The notes: generated by a model not told the origin, from the sequence alone. DNA of 24,011 bases from a virus (IMGVR_UViG_2744054854_000003:1-24011), one strand, 5' to 3'; positions 9,115 through 18,885 are shown, counted from the first letter of the stretch. A program made the numbers and translations.

Positions 9115-10317
9115 TTAATTACTGACAGTTTCAGGTTTCGGGAAACTGAAAAGTAAATCACGGTAGTATTCGTATTGTTTCTGGCGCAACTCGATTTCAC
9201 GCGGAAGGCCTTCGGTGATGGAGTTTGTCAGGTTGTAAAATTTATCCATCGTGGCGACGATATAAAGTTGTTCATCGTATGATGGGATAGGTATTTCAAA
9301 TGCTCTCAACGATTTTAAACCTAAGTTTTTAATAGTTGAACCTGTTTTTTGATTTTCAAAATACTGTTTTGCGTAATTGGTTTGCAGGAAATAGAAAAGA
9401 TATCTAGTGTGGAGTTCAGGTGATTTAATTTTAAAATAGGCCACAGACTTACCGAGTACGATCTTCTCATTATTGTAAAAGGAAACATTTCCAATTGTGC
9501 CATTAATTGACAGGAAAACAGTATTTATTGGGTCAAAATGAATTCCGTGTTTTTTAAACATAGAATCATTAACCTTTTTTGTGTTATCGTTAAATGATAT
9601 TTTTTGATAGCCTAAATTGTTTCCATTGATAAAGAAATAATCACCGTTGGCGTCATATTCTGGAGTACCATGCAAACCGTCTCCAATTACACATAGCTCT
9701 CCTAATTTCAGACGTTTAACATCGTGGGCACCAAAACTAAATAACCGGTCGCGATAGTAGTTGTACTGTTTTTTACGCATGTTAAGCTCAGCGGTAAGCT
9801 CAGCGGTAAGTGCAGTAAATTTGTCCAGAATCCGAACGATTTCAGACTGGATGGCAAGGGATTTTTCCGGATTATCCGGGCAGGGGATTGGTACAGGTAT
9901 CTCAATTAATTGTCCTTTAGTTAATTTTGCCCTTCCTCCCCCGGTAAGGAAGGGAAGGAAATTAACGATGCATAAATAATGATATAGAAATCTAGAATGA
10001 ACTCTTTCTTTTCCTCGTACGACATGAACATGGTTGTTTGCCCAGAATTTACCAGTTGCATATTGAATTGAATAATTTTCTAAACTAGCCGAGCCATCTT
10101 CTGCAATTAAGACATATTCACCATCGTGGGTATATCCATCCACATAGTCTTGAATGTTGTTAGCACCATAATAGGGCGTCTCGCCTGCAATGCGCAAAGA
10201 GGCTTTTACTGGCTTTCTTCCATTATTCGCTATTTCGAAGAGTGAAGTATCACCAAGATTTCTCCACTCAACTTCAACCCCATCCAGCAATTTTTCCAGA
10301 TAACTTAACTCGCTCAT
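9115..10317 (-). CDS. hsdS: Type I R-M specificity subunit (400 aa), type IC-like
   Basis: Central conserved region with a TAELTAEL repeat, and the duplicated YYRD(R/L)LFSF motif at mid-protein and C-terminus, as in EcoR124-family HsdS. Its start overlaps the hsdM stop. Confidence 0.9.
   Translation of the reverse strand: MSELSYLEKLLDGVEVEWRNLGDTSLFEIANNGRKPVKASLRIAGETPYYGANNIQDYVDGYTHDGEYVLIAEDGSASLENYSIQYATGKFWANNHVHVVRGKERVHSRFLYHYLCIVNFLPFLTGGGRAKLTKGQLIEIPVPIPCPDNPEKSLAIQSEIVRILDKFTALTAELTAELNMRKKQYNYYRDRLFSFGAHDVKRLKLGELCVIGDGLHGTPEYDANGDYFFINGNNLGYQKISFNDNTKKVNDSMFKKHGIHFDPINTVFLSINGTIGNVSFYNNEKIVLGKSVAYFKIKSPELHTRYLFYFLQTNYAKQYFENQKTGSTIKNLGLKSLRAFEIPIPSYDEQLYIVATMDKFYNLTNSITEGLPREIELRQKQYEYYRDLLFSFPKPETVSN
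9784..9816 (-). repeat. 12-bp tandem repeat (2 copies plus a degenerate third) encoding TAEL-TAEL in hsdS
   Basis: AAGCTCAGCGGT occurs twice (9784-9795 and 9796-9807), followed by AAGTGCAGT. The minus-strand translation is [11 protein letters not shown]. Confidence 0.85.
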
Positions 10318-11876
10318 TTCTGCACCTCGCAGCCTTCAATTTCAGCCACAATCGCATCAATATCTTTACGCAACAGGTCGATTTTGCTGACCGTGGTTTT
10401 CAGCTCTGCGTTCAACTCAGCAATATCGATAATTTCGCGGTTATCTTTCGCTTCCACATAGCTGCTCACCGACAGGTTATAGTCATTAGCGACAACGGTC
10501 TCAAACGCGACAGATTTCGCCAGATGAGCAACATCTTCCTTGCTGGCAAATACCTGCATAATCTGTTCGATATGGGCATCGGTCAGGGTATTGTTGTTAG
10601 TTTCTTTTTTAAACAGCTCGCTGGCATCAATAAACTGAACTTTGGTATCCGTTTTATGTTTAGACAGCACCAGAATGTTTACGGCAATAGTGGTGCCAAA
10701 GAACAGATTCGGTGCCAGTGAAATCACGGTTTCGACATAGTTATTGTCGACCAGATACTGACGGATTTTCTGCTCTGCGCCGCCACGGTAAAAAATACCC
10801 GGGAAGCAGACAATCGCAGCACGACCTTTGGCAGAAAGATAGTTCAGCGCATGTAGTACAAAGGCGAAGTCAGCTTTTGATTTGGGGGCCAGAACGCCAG
10901 CAGGGGCAAAACGTTCATCGTTAATCAGCGTCGGGTCATCACTGCCAATCCATTTCACCGAATATGGCGGGTTAGAAACGATGGCATCAAACGGTTTTTC
11001 ATCTCTGAAGTGCGGCTCAGTCAGCGTATTGCCCAGCTTGATATCAAACTTGTCGTAGTTGATGTTGTGCAAAAACATGTTCATACGCGCCAGGTTATAG
11101 GTCGTATGGTTGATCTCCTGACCAAAAAAGCCTTCTTCGATGATATGGTCATCAAACTGCTTTTTCGCCTGTAACAACAGCGAACCGGAACCTGCGGCTG
11201 GGTCGTAGATTTTGTTAACGTGGGTCTGCCCGTGCATAGCCAGTTGTGCAATCAGCTTAGAGACATGCTGCGGTGTAAAAAACTCGCCGCCTGACTTACC
11301 AGCATTCGCCGCATAGTTAGAAATCAGGAACTCATAGGCATCGCCGAACAGGTCAATCTGATGTTCGTTGAAGTCACCAAGTTTTAACCCTTCAACCCCT
11401 TTCAGAACCGCAGCCAGGCGGGCATTTTTATCCTTAACGGTGTTACCCAGGCGGTTACTGGTGGTATCGAAATCAGCAAACAAACCTTTGATGTCAGCTT
11501 CTGAAGGGTAACCGTAAGCAGAACTTTCGATAGCAACGAAGATACTGTTTAAATCTGCATTCAGTCTGTCATTGGTATTTGCTTTCGCAGCTACGTTGCA
11601 GAAAAGCTGACTTGGGTAGATGAAGTAGCCTTTAGTTTTGATGGCATCGTCTTTAATGTCATCAGTAATTACGCTGTCATCCAGTTTCGCATAACAGATA
11701 CTGTCATCACCGGCTTCAATATAGCTGGAAAAATTTTCGCTGATAAAACGGTAGAAAAGTGCGCCCAGAACGTATTGCTTAAAATCCCATCCATCGACCG
11801 AACCCCTGACATCGTTAGCAATTTGCCAGATTTGACGATGAAGCTCTGCACGTTGTTGAATACTTGTCATTTTCAT
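10314..11876 (-). CDS. hsdM: Type I R-M N6-adenine DNA methyltransferase subunit (520 aa)
   Basis: NPPY motif (SNPPYSVKW), AdoMet-binding glycine-rich motif ([10 protein letters not shown]), and a typical HsdM N-terminus. The length matches EcoR124I HsdM as recalled. Confidence 0.9.
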   Translation of the reverse strand: MKMTSIQQRAELHRQIWQIANDVRGSVDGWDFKQYVLGALFYRFISENFSSYIEAGDDSICYAKLDDSVITDDIKDDAIKTKGYFIYPSQLFCNVAAKANTNDRLNADLNSIFVAIESSAYGYPSEADIKGLFADFDTTSNRLGNTVKDKNARLAAVLKGVEGLKLGDFNEHQIDLFGDAYEFLISNYAANAGKSGGEFFTPQHVSKLIAQLAMHGQTHVNKIYDPAAGSGSLLLQAKKQFDDHIIEEGFFGQEINHTTYNLARMNMFLHNINYDKFDIKLGNTLTEPHFRDEKPFDAIVSNPPYSVKWIGSDDPTLINDERFAPAGVLAPKSKADFAFVLHALNYLSAKGRAAIVCFPGIFYRGGAEQKIRQYLVDNNYVETVISLAPNLFFGTTIAVNILVLSKHKTDTKVQFIDASELFKKETNNNTLTDAHIEQIMQVFASKEDVAHLAKSVAFETVVANDYNLSVSSYVEAKDNREIIDIAELNAELKTTVSKIDLLRKDIDAIVAEIEGCEVQK

Positions 11877-12015
11877 CCACTTATTTCAGGCTTATGTAAT
11901 TGGATGTGATTCTACAGCAACTTGGATGCTTTAGCAGTTCGGACATTAGGCTACGAATGACCTGCCTAGAGGTTTGTTAAGCCGCAAAGTGCTGGTGCTT
12001 TATGCCTGTGAAGTT

Positions 12016-12050
12016 TATAATTGTGTACACATAACGAGTACACGAGGTGT
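12016..12050 (+). promoter_or_regulatory. phd-doc promoter and operator region
   Basis: Perfect TATAAT at 12016-12021, immediately followed by the palindrome TGTGTACACA (12022-12031) and a second GTACAC-containing half-site. SD GAGGTG precedes the phd ATG. Confidence 0.6.
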
Positions 12051-12052
12051 TT

Positions 12053-12274
12053 ATGCAATCCATTAACTTCCGTACCGCGCGCGGCAACCTTTCTGAAGTG
12101 CTCAACAATGTTGAAGCCGGGGAAGAGGTTGAAATCACCCGCAGAGGCCGTGAGCCAGCAGTAATTGTCAGCAAGGCTACTTTCGAAGCCTACAAAAAAG
12201 CGGCGCTGGATGCTGAATTTGCATCCCTGTTTGACACCCTGGACTCCACCAACAAGGAACTGGTTAACCGATAA
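12053..12274 (+). CDS. phd: Antitoxin Phd (73 aa)
   Basis: [56 protein letters not shown]... recognised as P1 Phd. Its stop overlaps the doc start (TAATGA). Confidence 0.9.
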
Positions 12275-12654
12275 TGAGGCATATATCACCGGAAGAACTT
12301 ATTGCGCTTCATGATGCGAATATAAGCCGCTACGGCGGCCTGCCGGGAATGTCAGATCCGGGCAGGGCAGAGGCCATTATCGGGAGAGTCCAGGCCAGAG
12401 TTGTGTACGAAGAGATCACCGACCTTTTCGAAGTCTCCGCCACCTACCTGGTGGCTACTGCGAGAGGGCATATATTCAATGATGCCAATAAGCGTACCGC
12501 GCTAAACAGTGCGCTGTTATTTCTACGCCGTAACGGGGTGCAGGTATTTGATTCACCTGAACTGGCAGACCTTACTGTAGGCGCTGCGACTGGCGAGATA
12601 TCTGTATCTTCTGTCGCCGACACGTTACGTAGATTGTATGGTTCTGCGGAGTAG
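12274..12654 (+). CDS. doc: Toxin Doc (126 aa), Fic-fold kinase
   Basis: Fic motif HIFNDANKR is present. Length and position immediately after phd match P1 doc. Confidence 0.9.
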
Positions 12655-12658
12655 ATTA

Positions 12659-12838
12659 ATGGCACGCAAATACAACAAATTGTCCCGTGAAGCGTTAAAG
12701 ATGCTTCTTGATGGCGTGAGTCGCCGCAAGGTAAAGCAATACCTGGTTGGTAAGCAAATTGGAGTCAGGACCGCTATTGCTGTGTTATGCCGTCAGGAAA
12801 TGGTTGCGCTTAAACAGAGAATGCCGGGCAGCAGATAA
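12659..12838 (+). CDS. Small hypothetical protein following doc (about 59 aa, basic)
   Basis: ATG 12659 is in frame within track ORF 12638-12838 (MARKYNKLSREALKMLLDG...). Possibly pdcA, by position only. Confidence 0.4.
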   Translation: MARKYNKLSREALKMLLDGVSRRKVKQYLVGKQIGVRTAIAVLCRQEMVALKQRMPGSR

Positions 12839-12865
12839 AGCCCAATCAGTGATGAAAGGTGTGAT

Positions 12866-13909
12866 GTGAAAGCCGTAATTACTCCCTTTGTACAGAAAGA
12901 GCTTGGCCTCGCCACGTTCAAAGTGGATCAGGAGGTCAGAAAGCTGGTGGAGGCTGGCCGTAAATTTATTATGGAGCCGGTGCCGCGTGAGTTAATCGAG
13001 CACATGGAAGACGGCCTCGTTGTTACCGAGCAAACCATGGCAACAAATGAGGCGTTGCAGCCGTTTTTTAACAGCGATGAACTGTTTCGCCGTATTGGTG
13101 GAATTGACGCGCTGGTGGCGTGGTTGCGTAGGAAAGAGGGTCAATGCCAGGCCGCAGATCGTAGTTGGTGTGACAACCATATTGTCCACGCTGAACGAGA
13201 CAATAGCGCGGTGTTGTTGTGCTGGCATCACGATAACCATTATCGGATGCGTGGTTTTAATGAGCTGAAAGAAACGCTGCACAATAATCGCGTTAACTGG
13301 ATACTGGATGTCGCCCGTCAGGAAATGGGCCTTTCAAATAGCCATGATTTAAGTATTCAGGAGCTGTGCTGGTGGGCTTTCATGCGCAACATGATGCACC
13401 TGATGCCGGAAGAAGTCTGCCGCATATCAATAAATAAGATGAAGGCTACTCCGCAGGATAGCGGACCTCTGAAAGAGGCGGATATTCGCCCGTATGACGA
13501 TCGCGCTACAGCATATGTTCAGATGATGGAAGAACGCGCCGCGCCGATGCGTGCAAAAGTATGCCCTGTGGATGTTGACTCCGACCCTGGCATGGCGCAT
13601 TTCAAAATACCAAAACTGCAATCGCTAAAATTACCTGAGTACATGGACTTTGTTGCTTCCCGTCCATGCTGTGGGTGTGGAGCTGCGGGAGCTGGCGCTC
13701 ACATTACGCCTTATATCGTTCGTCATAGTCGATTATGCGCGCATGACATTTACGCAATTCCTCTGTGCCAGTCATGCCAGCGTGATATTGAGCGTGACCG
13801 CGATAATTGGGAGAAGACGCACGGTAGGTTGGCGATGCATCAACGATTGTTCTTTGATTACGCGCTTGGAGTGGGCGTTATCACAAGTCATTCGTCGAGT
13901 GTTAGATAA
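12866..13909 (+). CDS. pdcB: Hypothetical Cys/His-rich protein (347 aa), pdcB position
   Basis: GTG start preceded by AAAGGTG. Contains CDNHIVHAE...CWHHDNH and a C-terminal PCCGCG...CAHD...CQSCQ cluster suggesting a zinc-binding or HNH-like module. The symbol is by position in the P1 order (phd-doc-pdcA-pdcB-lpa) as recalled. Confidence 0.55.
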   Translation: MKAVITPFVQKELGLATFKVDQEVRKLVEAGRKFIMEPVPRELIEHMEDGLVVTEQTMATNEALQPFFNSDELFRRIGGIDALVAWLRRKEGQCQAADRSWCDNHIVHAERDNSAVLLCWHHDNHYRMRGFNELKETLHNNRVNWILDVARQEMGLSNSHDLSIQELCWWAFMRNMMHLMPEEVCRISINKMKATPQDSGPLKEADIRPYDDRATAYVQMMEERAAPMRAKVCPVDVDSDPGMAHFKIPKLQSLKLPEYMDFVASRPCCGCGAAGAGAHITPYIVRHSRLCAHDIYAIPLCQSCQRDIERDRDNWEKTHGRLAMHQRLFFDYALGVGVITSHSSSVR

Positions 13910-13910
13910 A

Positions 13911-13927
13911 ATTGCTCTAATGTATTG
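13911..13927 (+). promoter_or_regulatory. C1 operator upstream of lpa
   Basis: ATTGCTCTAATGTATTG; the first 11 positions match the consensus exactly. Located 70 bp upstream of the lpa ORF. Confidence 0.6.
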
Positions 13928-13997
13928 CTATTTCTTTAATCGAGGGTATTATATTCCACGTTGATTAGTTGACATGGGCTAATCAGTAGGTGACAGG

Positions 13998-14450
13998 ATG
14001 TTACTTAACTGGCAGGGACGCCACTTCATGGAAATAAATCACTCACGAATAACATCGTACGAGATTGCGGATTACATGATCCGCACTAAATCTCTTCTAT
14101 CAGCGAAAGAACTCGCAGCAATTCTTGAAAAGGAATACCCGCATCTGGATGTCGATAAGCGCGATGTTTATCTGCGCTTAAAGGCTATCGCTGTGTCTAA
14201 GTATTCGTCTGTTTTGATTGATGACAGTACACGCCCACGTAGATTTCAGATCCACTCTCTGAATCCTGAATTCTTTCGCCGTAGCCGCGCTCCGCGCCGG
14301 TTTGATGAAAAACTCCAGAATGAACTCTATATGACGCAGGACGAAAAGGAACGCCGGGAGCACCAGCCTTGGGTGATGGCGCGTCAACTTTTCAATAAGG
14401 TGGTCCGTCAGCACCGTCATTACGGTAATGCCACATCCGCACGTATCTGA
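13998..14450 (+). CDS. lpa: Late promoter activator Lpa (150 aa)
   Basis: Position immediately upstream of pacA, a C1 operator upstream, and size consistent with P1 Lpa. The start may instead be the internal ATG at 14028. Confidence 0.65.
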   Translation: MLLNWQGRHFMEINHSRITSYEIADYMIRTKSLLSAKELAAILEKEYPHLDVDKRDVYLRLKAIAVSKYSSVLIDDSTRPRRFQIHSLNPEFFRRSRAPRRFDEKLQNELYMTQDEKERREHQPWVMARQLFNKVVRQHRHYGNATSARI

Positions 14451-14535
14451 TTGATTGCTTGCCCGTTCCGGGCCTTTTGACATGTGACTTTCGTTACCCT
14501 CGCGTCAAAAAGAGTTTTTACGAAAGGAAGCATAA

Positions 14536-15729
14536 GTGACCTGGGACGATCACAAGAAGAATTTTGCTCGCCTGGCGCGAGATGGTGGTTACACCATCGC
14601 ACAGTATGCCGCCGAGTTTAATCTTAACCCTAATACCGCACGTCGTTATCTCCGTGCCTTCAAAGAAGACACCAGGACTGCGGACAGCCGCAAGCCAAAT
14701 AAGCCAGTCAGGAAGCCACTAAAAAGCATGATCATTGATCACTCTAATGATCAACATGCAGGTGATCATATTGCGGCTGAAATAGCGGAAAAACAGAGAG
14801 TTAATGCCGTTGTCAGTGCCGCAGTCGAGAATGCGAAGCGCCAAAATAAGCGCATAAATGATCGTTCGGATGATCATGACGTGATCAACCGCGCCCACCG
14901 GACCTTACGTGATCGCCTGGAACGCGACACCCTGGATGATGATGGTGAACGCTTTGAATTCGAAGCTGGCGATTACCTGATAGATAACGTTGAAGCGCGG
15001 AAGGCCGCGCGCGCTATGTTGCGTCGGTCCGGGGCCGATGTTCTGGAAACCACTCTTCTTGAAAAGTCTCTTTCTCATCTCCTTATGCTGGAGAACGCCA
15101 TGGATACGTGTATTCGCCTGGTGCAGGAAATGCGCGATCAGCAAAAAGACGATGATGAAGGTACTCCGCCTGAATACCGTATCGCGAGCATGCTAAACAG
15201 CTGTTCCGCGCAGATAAGCAGTCTGATCAACACCATTTACAGCATCCGGAATAACTATCGAAAAGAAAGCCGGGAGGCGGAAAAGCACGCTTTGTCTATG
15301 GGGCAAGCTGGCATTGTTAAGCTGGCATACGAACGAAAGCGTGAAAATAACTGGTCAGTGCTGGAAGCAGCTGAATTCATCGAGGCGCATGGCGGGAAAG
15401 TGCCGCCCCTGATGCTGGAGCAAATCAAAGCAGATCTGCGTGCTCCTAAGACAAATACCGATGATGAGGAAAGGCAAACTGCCGTCGGTGGCCCTTCTCT
15501 TGAAGATCTGGACAAAGTTGCGCGAGAACGGGCCGCCAACCGCCGCGCCGATGCTGCATTGTGGATTGAGCAACGTAGGGAAGAAATCGCCGATATCGTT
15601 GATACAGGCGGTTATGGAGATGTTGATACTGAAGGTGTATCAAACGAACCATGGCTGGAACAAGACCTGGACGAAGACGAGGAGGAAGACGAAGAAGTTA
15701 CCCGCAAGCTATACGGGGATGATGATTAA
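14536..15729 (+). CDS. pacA: Terminase small subunit PacA (397 aa), contains the pac site
   Basis: GTG start with AAAGGAAG upstream. 397 aa as in P1 PacA. The GATC-hexamer pac site lies inside it, and the acidic C-terminal tail overlaps the pacB start. Confidence 0.85.
   Translation: MTWDDHKKNFARLARDGGYTIAQYAAEFNLNPNTARRYLRAFKEDTRTADSRKPNKPVRKPLKSMIIDHSNDQHAGDHIAAEIAEKQRVNAVVSAAVENAKRQNKRINDRSDDHDVINRAHRTLRDRLERDTLDDDGERFEFEAGDYLIDNVEARKAARAMLRRSGADVLETTLLEKSLSHLLMLENAMDTCIRLVQEMRDQQKDDDEGTPPEYRIASMLNSCSAQISSLINTIYSIRNNYRKESREAEKHALSMGQAGIVKLAYERKRENNWSVLEAAEFIEAHGGKVPPLMLEQIKADLRAPKTNTDDEERQTAVGGPSLEDLDKVARERAANRRADAALWIEQRREEIADIVDTGGYGDVDTEGVSNEPWLEQDLDEDEEEDEEVTRKLYGDDD
14729..14887 (+). 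other. pac packaging site: two clusters of GATC hexamers (4 plus 3)
   Basis: GATC at 14730, 14737, 14749 and 14764 (left cluster) and at 14860, 14872 and 14883 (right cluster), each mostly within a TGATCA/G hexamer. This matches the known 4+3 architecture of the P1 pac site. Confidence 0.85.
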
Positions 15730-17213
15730 TGGCCAGAAGTTGCGTAACGGATCCACGTTGGCGCGAGCTGGTGGCGCTATATCGTTATGACTGGATTGCG
15801 GCCGCTGATGTTTTGTTCGGCAAAACACCTACCTGGCAGCAGGATCTGATTATTGAGTCTGTGCAGGAACAGGGTAGCAAGACATCTGTTTCGTCTGGCC
15901 ACGGTACCGGGAAATCAGACATGACTTCTATCATGATCATGTTGTTCATAATCATGTATCCCGGTGCCCGAGCCATTATCGTTGCGAACAAAATTCAGCA
16001 GGTAATGACCGGTATATTCAAGTACATCAAGATAAACTGGGCTACTGCCACCAGCCGTTTTCCATGGCTTGCTGATTATTTTGTTCTGACAGAAACCGCT
16101 TTCTATGAGGTTACTGGTAAAGGTGTATGGACTGTAGTACCGAAGGGCTTTCGTCTGGGAAGTGAAGAAGCTCTCGCCGGTGAACACGCAGATCATCTTC
16201 TGTATATTATCGATGAAGCCTCCGGTGTCAGTGATAGAGCTTTCGGTATCATCACCGGTGCTCTTACCGGACAGGATAACCGCATCTTATTGCTGTCACA
16301 GCCTACACGCCCAAGCGGCTATTTCTACGATACACACCATAAACTGGCCAAGCGTCCTGGTAACCCTGATGGCGTTTATACGGCGATCACGCTTAACAGT
16401 GAGGAATCACCGTTGGTAACGCCAGCATTTATCAAAATGAAGCTGGCGGAGTACGGCGGGCGTGATAACCCTATGTACATGATTAAGGTACGCGGCCTAT
16501 TCCCTAAATCACAGGATGGCTTCCTTCTTGGACGTGATGAGGTTGAACGTGCAACGCGGCGGAAAGTCAAGATTGCAAAAGGATGGGGCTGGCTTGCATG
16601 TGTGGACGTTGCTGGTGGTACGGGACGGGATAAGTCCGTTATCAATATCATGATGGTGTCCGGCCAGCGAAATAAACGCCGTGTAATCAACTATCGAATG
16701 CTGGAATACACAGACGTTACAGAAACGCAGCTTGCCGCCAAAATTTTCGCAGAATGTAATCCTGAGCGATTCCCAAATATCACCATAGCGATAGACGGCG
16801 ATGGCCTGGGTAAAGCAACGGCGGATCTGATGTACGAGTATTATGGTATTACCGTACAGCGCATACGCTGGGGTAAAAAGATGCATAGCCGTGAAGATAA
16901 GAGCCTGTACTTTGATAAACGTGCTTATGCCAACGTTCAAGCCGCAGAGGCCGTAAAATCTGGTCGTATGAGACTGGATAAGGGTAATGAAACTATTGAG
17001 GAAGCGTCGAAAATCCCTGTAGGGATTAACTCCGCAGGTCAATGGAAGGTGATGAGTAAGGAGGATATGAAGAAAAAACTCAACCTGCACTCACCAGACC
17101 ATTGGGATACATATTGTTTCGCTATGCTGGCGGATTATGTTCCCCAGGATGAAGTGCTTAGCGTCGAAGACGAAGCGCAGGTTGATGAAGCTCTGGCATG
17201 GCTTAATGAGTAA
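15729..17213 (+). CDS. pacB: Terminase large subunit PacB (494 aa)
   Basis: 494 aa, with its start overlapping the pacA stop (TAATG). Size and position match P1 PacB. Confidence 0.85.
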   Translation: MARSCVTDPRWRELVALYRYDWIAAADVLFGKTPTWQQDLIIESVQEQGSKTSVSSGHGTGKSDMTSIMIMLFIIMYPGARAIIVANKIQQVMTGIFKYIKINWATATSRFPWLADYFVLTETAFYEVTGKGVWTVVPKGFRLGSEEALAGEHADHLLYIIDEASGVSDRAFGIITGALTGQDNRILLLSQPTRPSGYFYDTHHKLAKRPGNPDGVYTAITLNSEESPLVTPAFIKMKLAEYGGRDNPMYMIKVRGLFPKSQDGFLLGRDEVERATRRKVKIAKGWGWLACVDVAGGTGRDKSVINIMMVSGQRNKRRVINYRMLEYTDVTETQLAAKIFAECNPERFPNITIAIDGDGLGKATADLMYEYYGITVQRIRWGKKMHSREDKSLYFDKRAYANVQAAEAVKSGRMRLDKGNETIEEASKIPVGINSAGQWKVMSKEDMKKKLNLHSPDHWDTYCFAMLADYVPQDEVLSVEDEAQVDEALAWLNE

Positions 17214-17219
17214 AAAAAA

Positions 17220-17236
17220 CTTGCTCTAATAAATTG
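17220..17236 (+). promoter_or_regulatory. C1 operator at the start of the antirepressor module
   Basis: CTTGCTCTAATAAATTG, 15 of 17 matches. It is followed by TTGACT at 17244-17249. Confidence 0.6.
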
Positions 17237-17366
17237 CGTTTTTTGACTGCCGATGTTACATTGAACCTGACCTCTTGCGCCTTGAGGCATTTTCGGTTTA
17301 TGCTTATCAGGCACCTCATTAAAACGGGTGCCGGGATTGGCCTCCCGCTTAAGTCTAAGGCGATAC

Positions 17367-17389
17367 AGACGCCGCTCGCGTCTTTTTTT
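17367..17389 (+). terminator. Intrinsic terminator or attenuator hairpin with a 7-T run
   Basis: Stem AGACGC / GCGTCT with a 5-nt loop, followed by TTTTTTT (17383-17389). Lies in the leader between the operator and the 74-aa gene. Confidence 0.5.
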
Positions 17390-17554
17390 GTATCGGCGTA
17401 CACGCACACCTCTACAATGGTGGGCTGTATGGGGCTACCTTCGGGTAGGCTGGTTACCTTGGACGCCAGTAAGGCCAACTCCGTACAGTCCACCGCCAGC
17501 AAGATTGGTCTCTTCTGCGGTGGTTACATACCAACGTCTAAGGAGGCTGCCATT

Positions 17555-17776
17555 ATGGCTACTATCCCTACCCCAACTCATCCTGAATTTATCTGGCGCT
17601 TTTACTCCTGCCAGAAACGTCACTATCACTTCGTTATCGCAACAACAGAAGATGAGGCACGTTCTCAGCTTCCGGATGCTCCCTGCATTTTCTCCGCACG
17701 CTTTTCTACTGACTCGCGCAATTCTCTCAGTTACTGGTGCCTCCCTGTTAACGCTTCTGTTCAGGAGGGGCTATGA
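17555..17776 (+). CDS. Small protein (74 aa) translationally coupled to the antirepressor gene (icd-like position)
   Basis: Strong SD AAGGAGG 8 nt upstream of ATG 17555. Its stop overlaps the ATG at 17773 (ATGA). An in-frame upstream ATG at 17418 is possible. Confidence 0.5.
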   Translation: MATIPTPTHPEFIWRFYSCQKRHYHFVIATTEDEARSQLPDAPCIFSARFSTDSRNSLSYWCLPVNASVQEGL

Positions 17777-18885
17777 GAACGTCATTAGTCACCCGTGAAG
17801 AGATGATCGAGGCAATTGAACCGCACACAATCTGTATCAGCACCAGGGATATTCCCGGTGTTATAGCCAATTACTTCATGATCACCAAACAACTCTACAG
17901 GAGAAAGGACAAGAACGCGGTTCACCGTATCCTGCTGTCTGATATCCGCGAATACCTGCTCGAACAGGGGCATCTGAATTACGCAACCGTCGCAGCCGAA
18001 ACACGCAAGGAGGCACACAGAATGAAAGCTACTAACGTTAAATCAGAAAAAGTTCATGCACCTTCAGTTCAGGAATCAGAGCTGGTGGTTGTTCAAAATC
18101 AGCCTGATGAAATTCCCGTTCTGGAATGGCAGGGAGTACGCGTCGTAACGACCGAAACTCTTGCTAAGGGGTATGGAACCGAAACTAATAACATCAAAGT
18201 TAACTATACGCGTAATGCTGATCGCTTTGAGGAAGGTAAACATTACTTTCTACTAACTGGTTCAAAATTAAGAGAATTGAAGGACAAGGTTACTCAAAGT
18301 AACTTAGTCGCACCGCGAGCAAAGCACCTCACTCTCTGGACGGAGCGTGGCGCAGCCCGCCACGCTAAAATGCTCGAAACCGATCAGGCATGGGCATTCT
18401 TTGAAAAACTGGAAGACAGCTACTTCCGGCAAAAAGAACAGCAACCGGTTGCAATCCCCCAGACGCTTCCAGAAGCTCTGCGCCTGGCTGCCGAGTTGGC
18501 TGAACAAAAGCAGCTACTGGAACAGAAGGCCCACCAGCTAAATCAACAACTGGTGGCCGCAGCCCCCAAGGTCGATTTTGCCGACCGGGTATCAGTAGCT
18601 AAAGGGATCCTGATTGGGAATTTTGCAAAGGTTGTTGGACTTAAGCAAAACGCGCTGTTTGCCTGGTTACGGGAGAACGGCATCCTGATTGCGTCCGGCG
18701 GACGTAAAAATGTGCCGTTCCAGCAGTACATCACCGCGGGGTATTTCACGGTGAAAGAAGTGGTGCTGGATGATGAAGATGGCTACCAGATACGGTTGAC
18801 GCCTCAATTAACGGGTAAAGGCCAGCAGTGGTTAACTCGCAAGCTACTTGATGCTGGCTTGTTAAAACCGGTGGCGGCTGAATAA
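17773..18885 (+). CDS. ant: Antirepressor-like protein (ORF6N-like and ANT/KilAC-like domains), nested in-frame starts giving 370 aa and 287 aa
   Basis: Middle region RNADRFEEGKHYFLL resembles ORF6N. C-terminal LFAWLRENGILIASGG...YITAGYFTVKE resembles the phage antirepressor ANT domain. A second in-frame ATG at 18022 has a strong SD (AAGGAGG). The symbol is tentative. Confidence 0.65.
   Translation: MRTSLVTREEMIEAIEPHTICISTRDIPGVIANYFMITKQLYRRKDKNAVHRILLSDIREYLLEQGHLNYATVAAETRKEAHRMKATNVKSEKVHAPSVQESELVVVQNQPDEIPVLEWQGVRVVTTETLAKGYGTETNNIKVNYTRNADRFEEGKHYFLLTGSKLRELKDKVTQSNLVAPRAKHLTLWTERGAARHAKMLETDQAWAFFEKLEDSYFRQKEQQPVAIPQTLPEALRLAAELAEQKQLLEQKAHQLNQQLVAAAPKVDFADRVSVAKGILIGNFAKVVGLKQNALFAWLRENGILIASGGRKNVPFQQYITAGYFTVKEVVLDDEDGYQIRLTPQLTGKGQQWLTRKLLDAGLLKPVAAE

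Noticed and set aside
9784-9816. Possible CRISPR-like repeat
   Set aside because: Only two to three 12-bp units with no spacers, lying inside a coding region; it is the HsdS TAEL repeat, not a CRISPR array.
14905-15652. Several minus-strand ORFs inside pacA and the start of pacB
   Set aside because: Antisense shadow ORFs within confidently assigned terminase genes, with no independent support.
17400-17550. Possible tRNA in the structured region upstream of the 74-aa gene
   Set aside because: Hairpins are present, but I could not find a cloverleaf with T-loop GTTC or a CCA-compatible acceptor. More consistent with a leader or antisense RNA.
17328-17798. 156-aa ORF overlapping the antirepressor leader
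   Set aside because: Low-complexity Arg/Leu/Pro-rich translation in an alternative frame of a region better explained as structured leader RNA plus the 74-aa gene.
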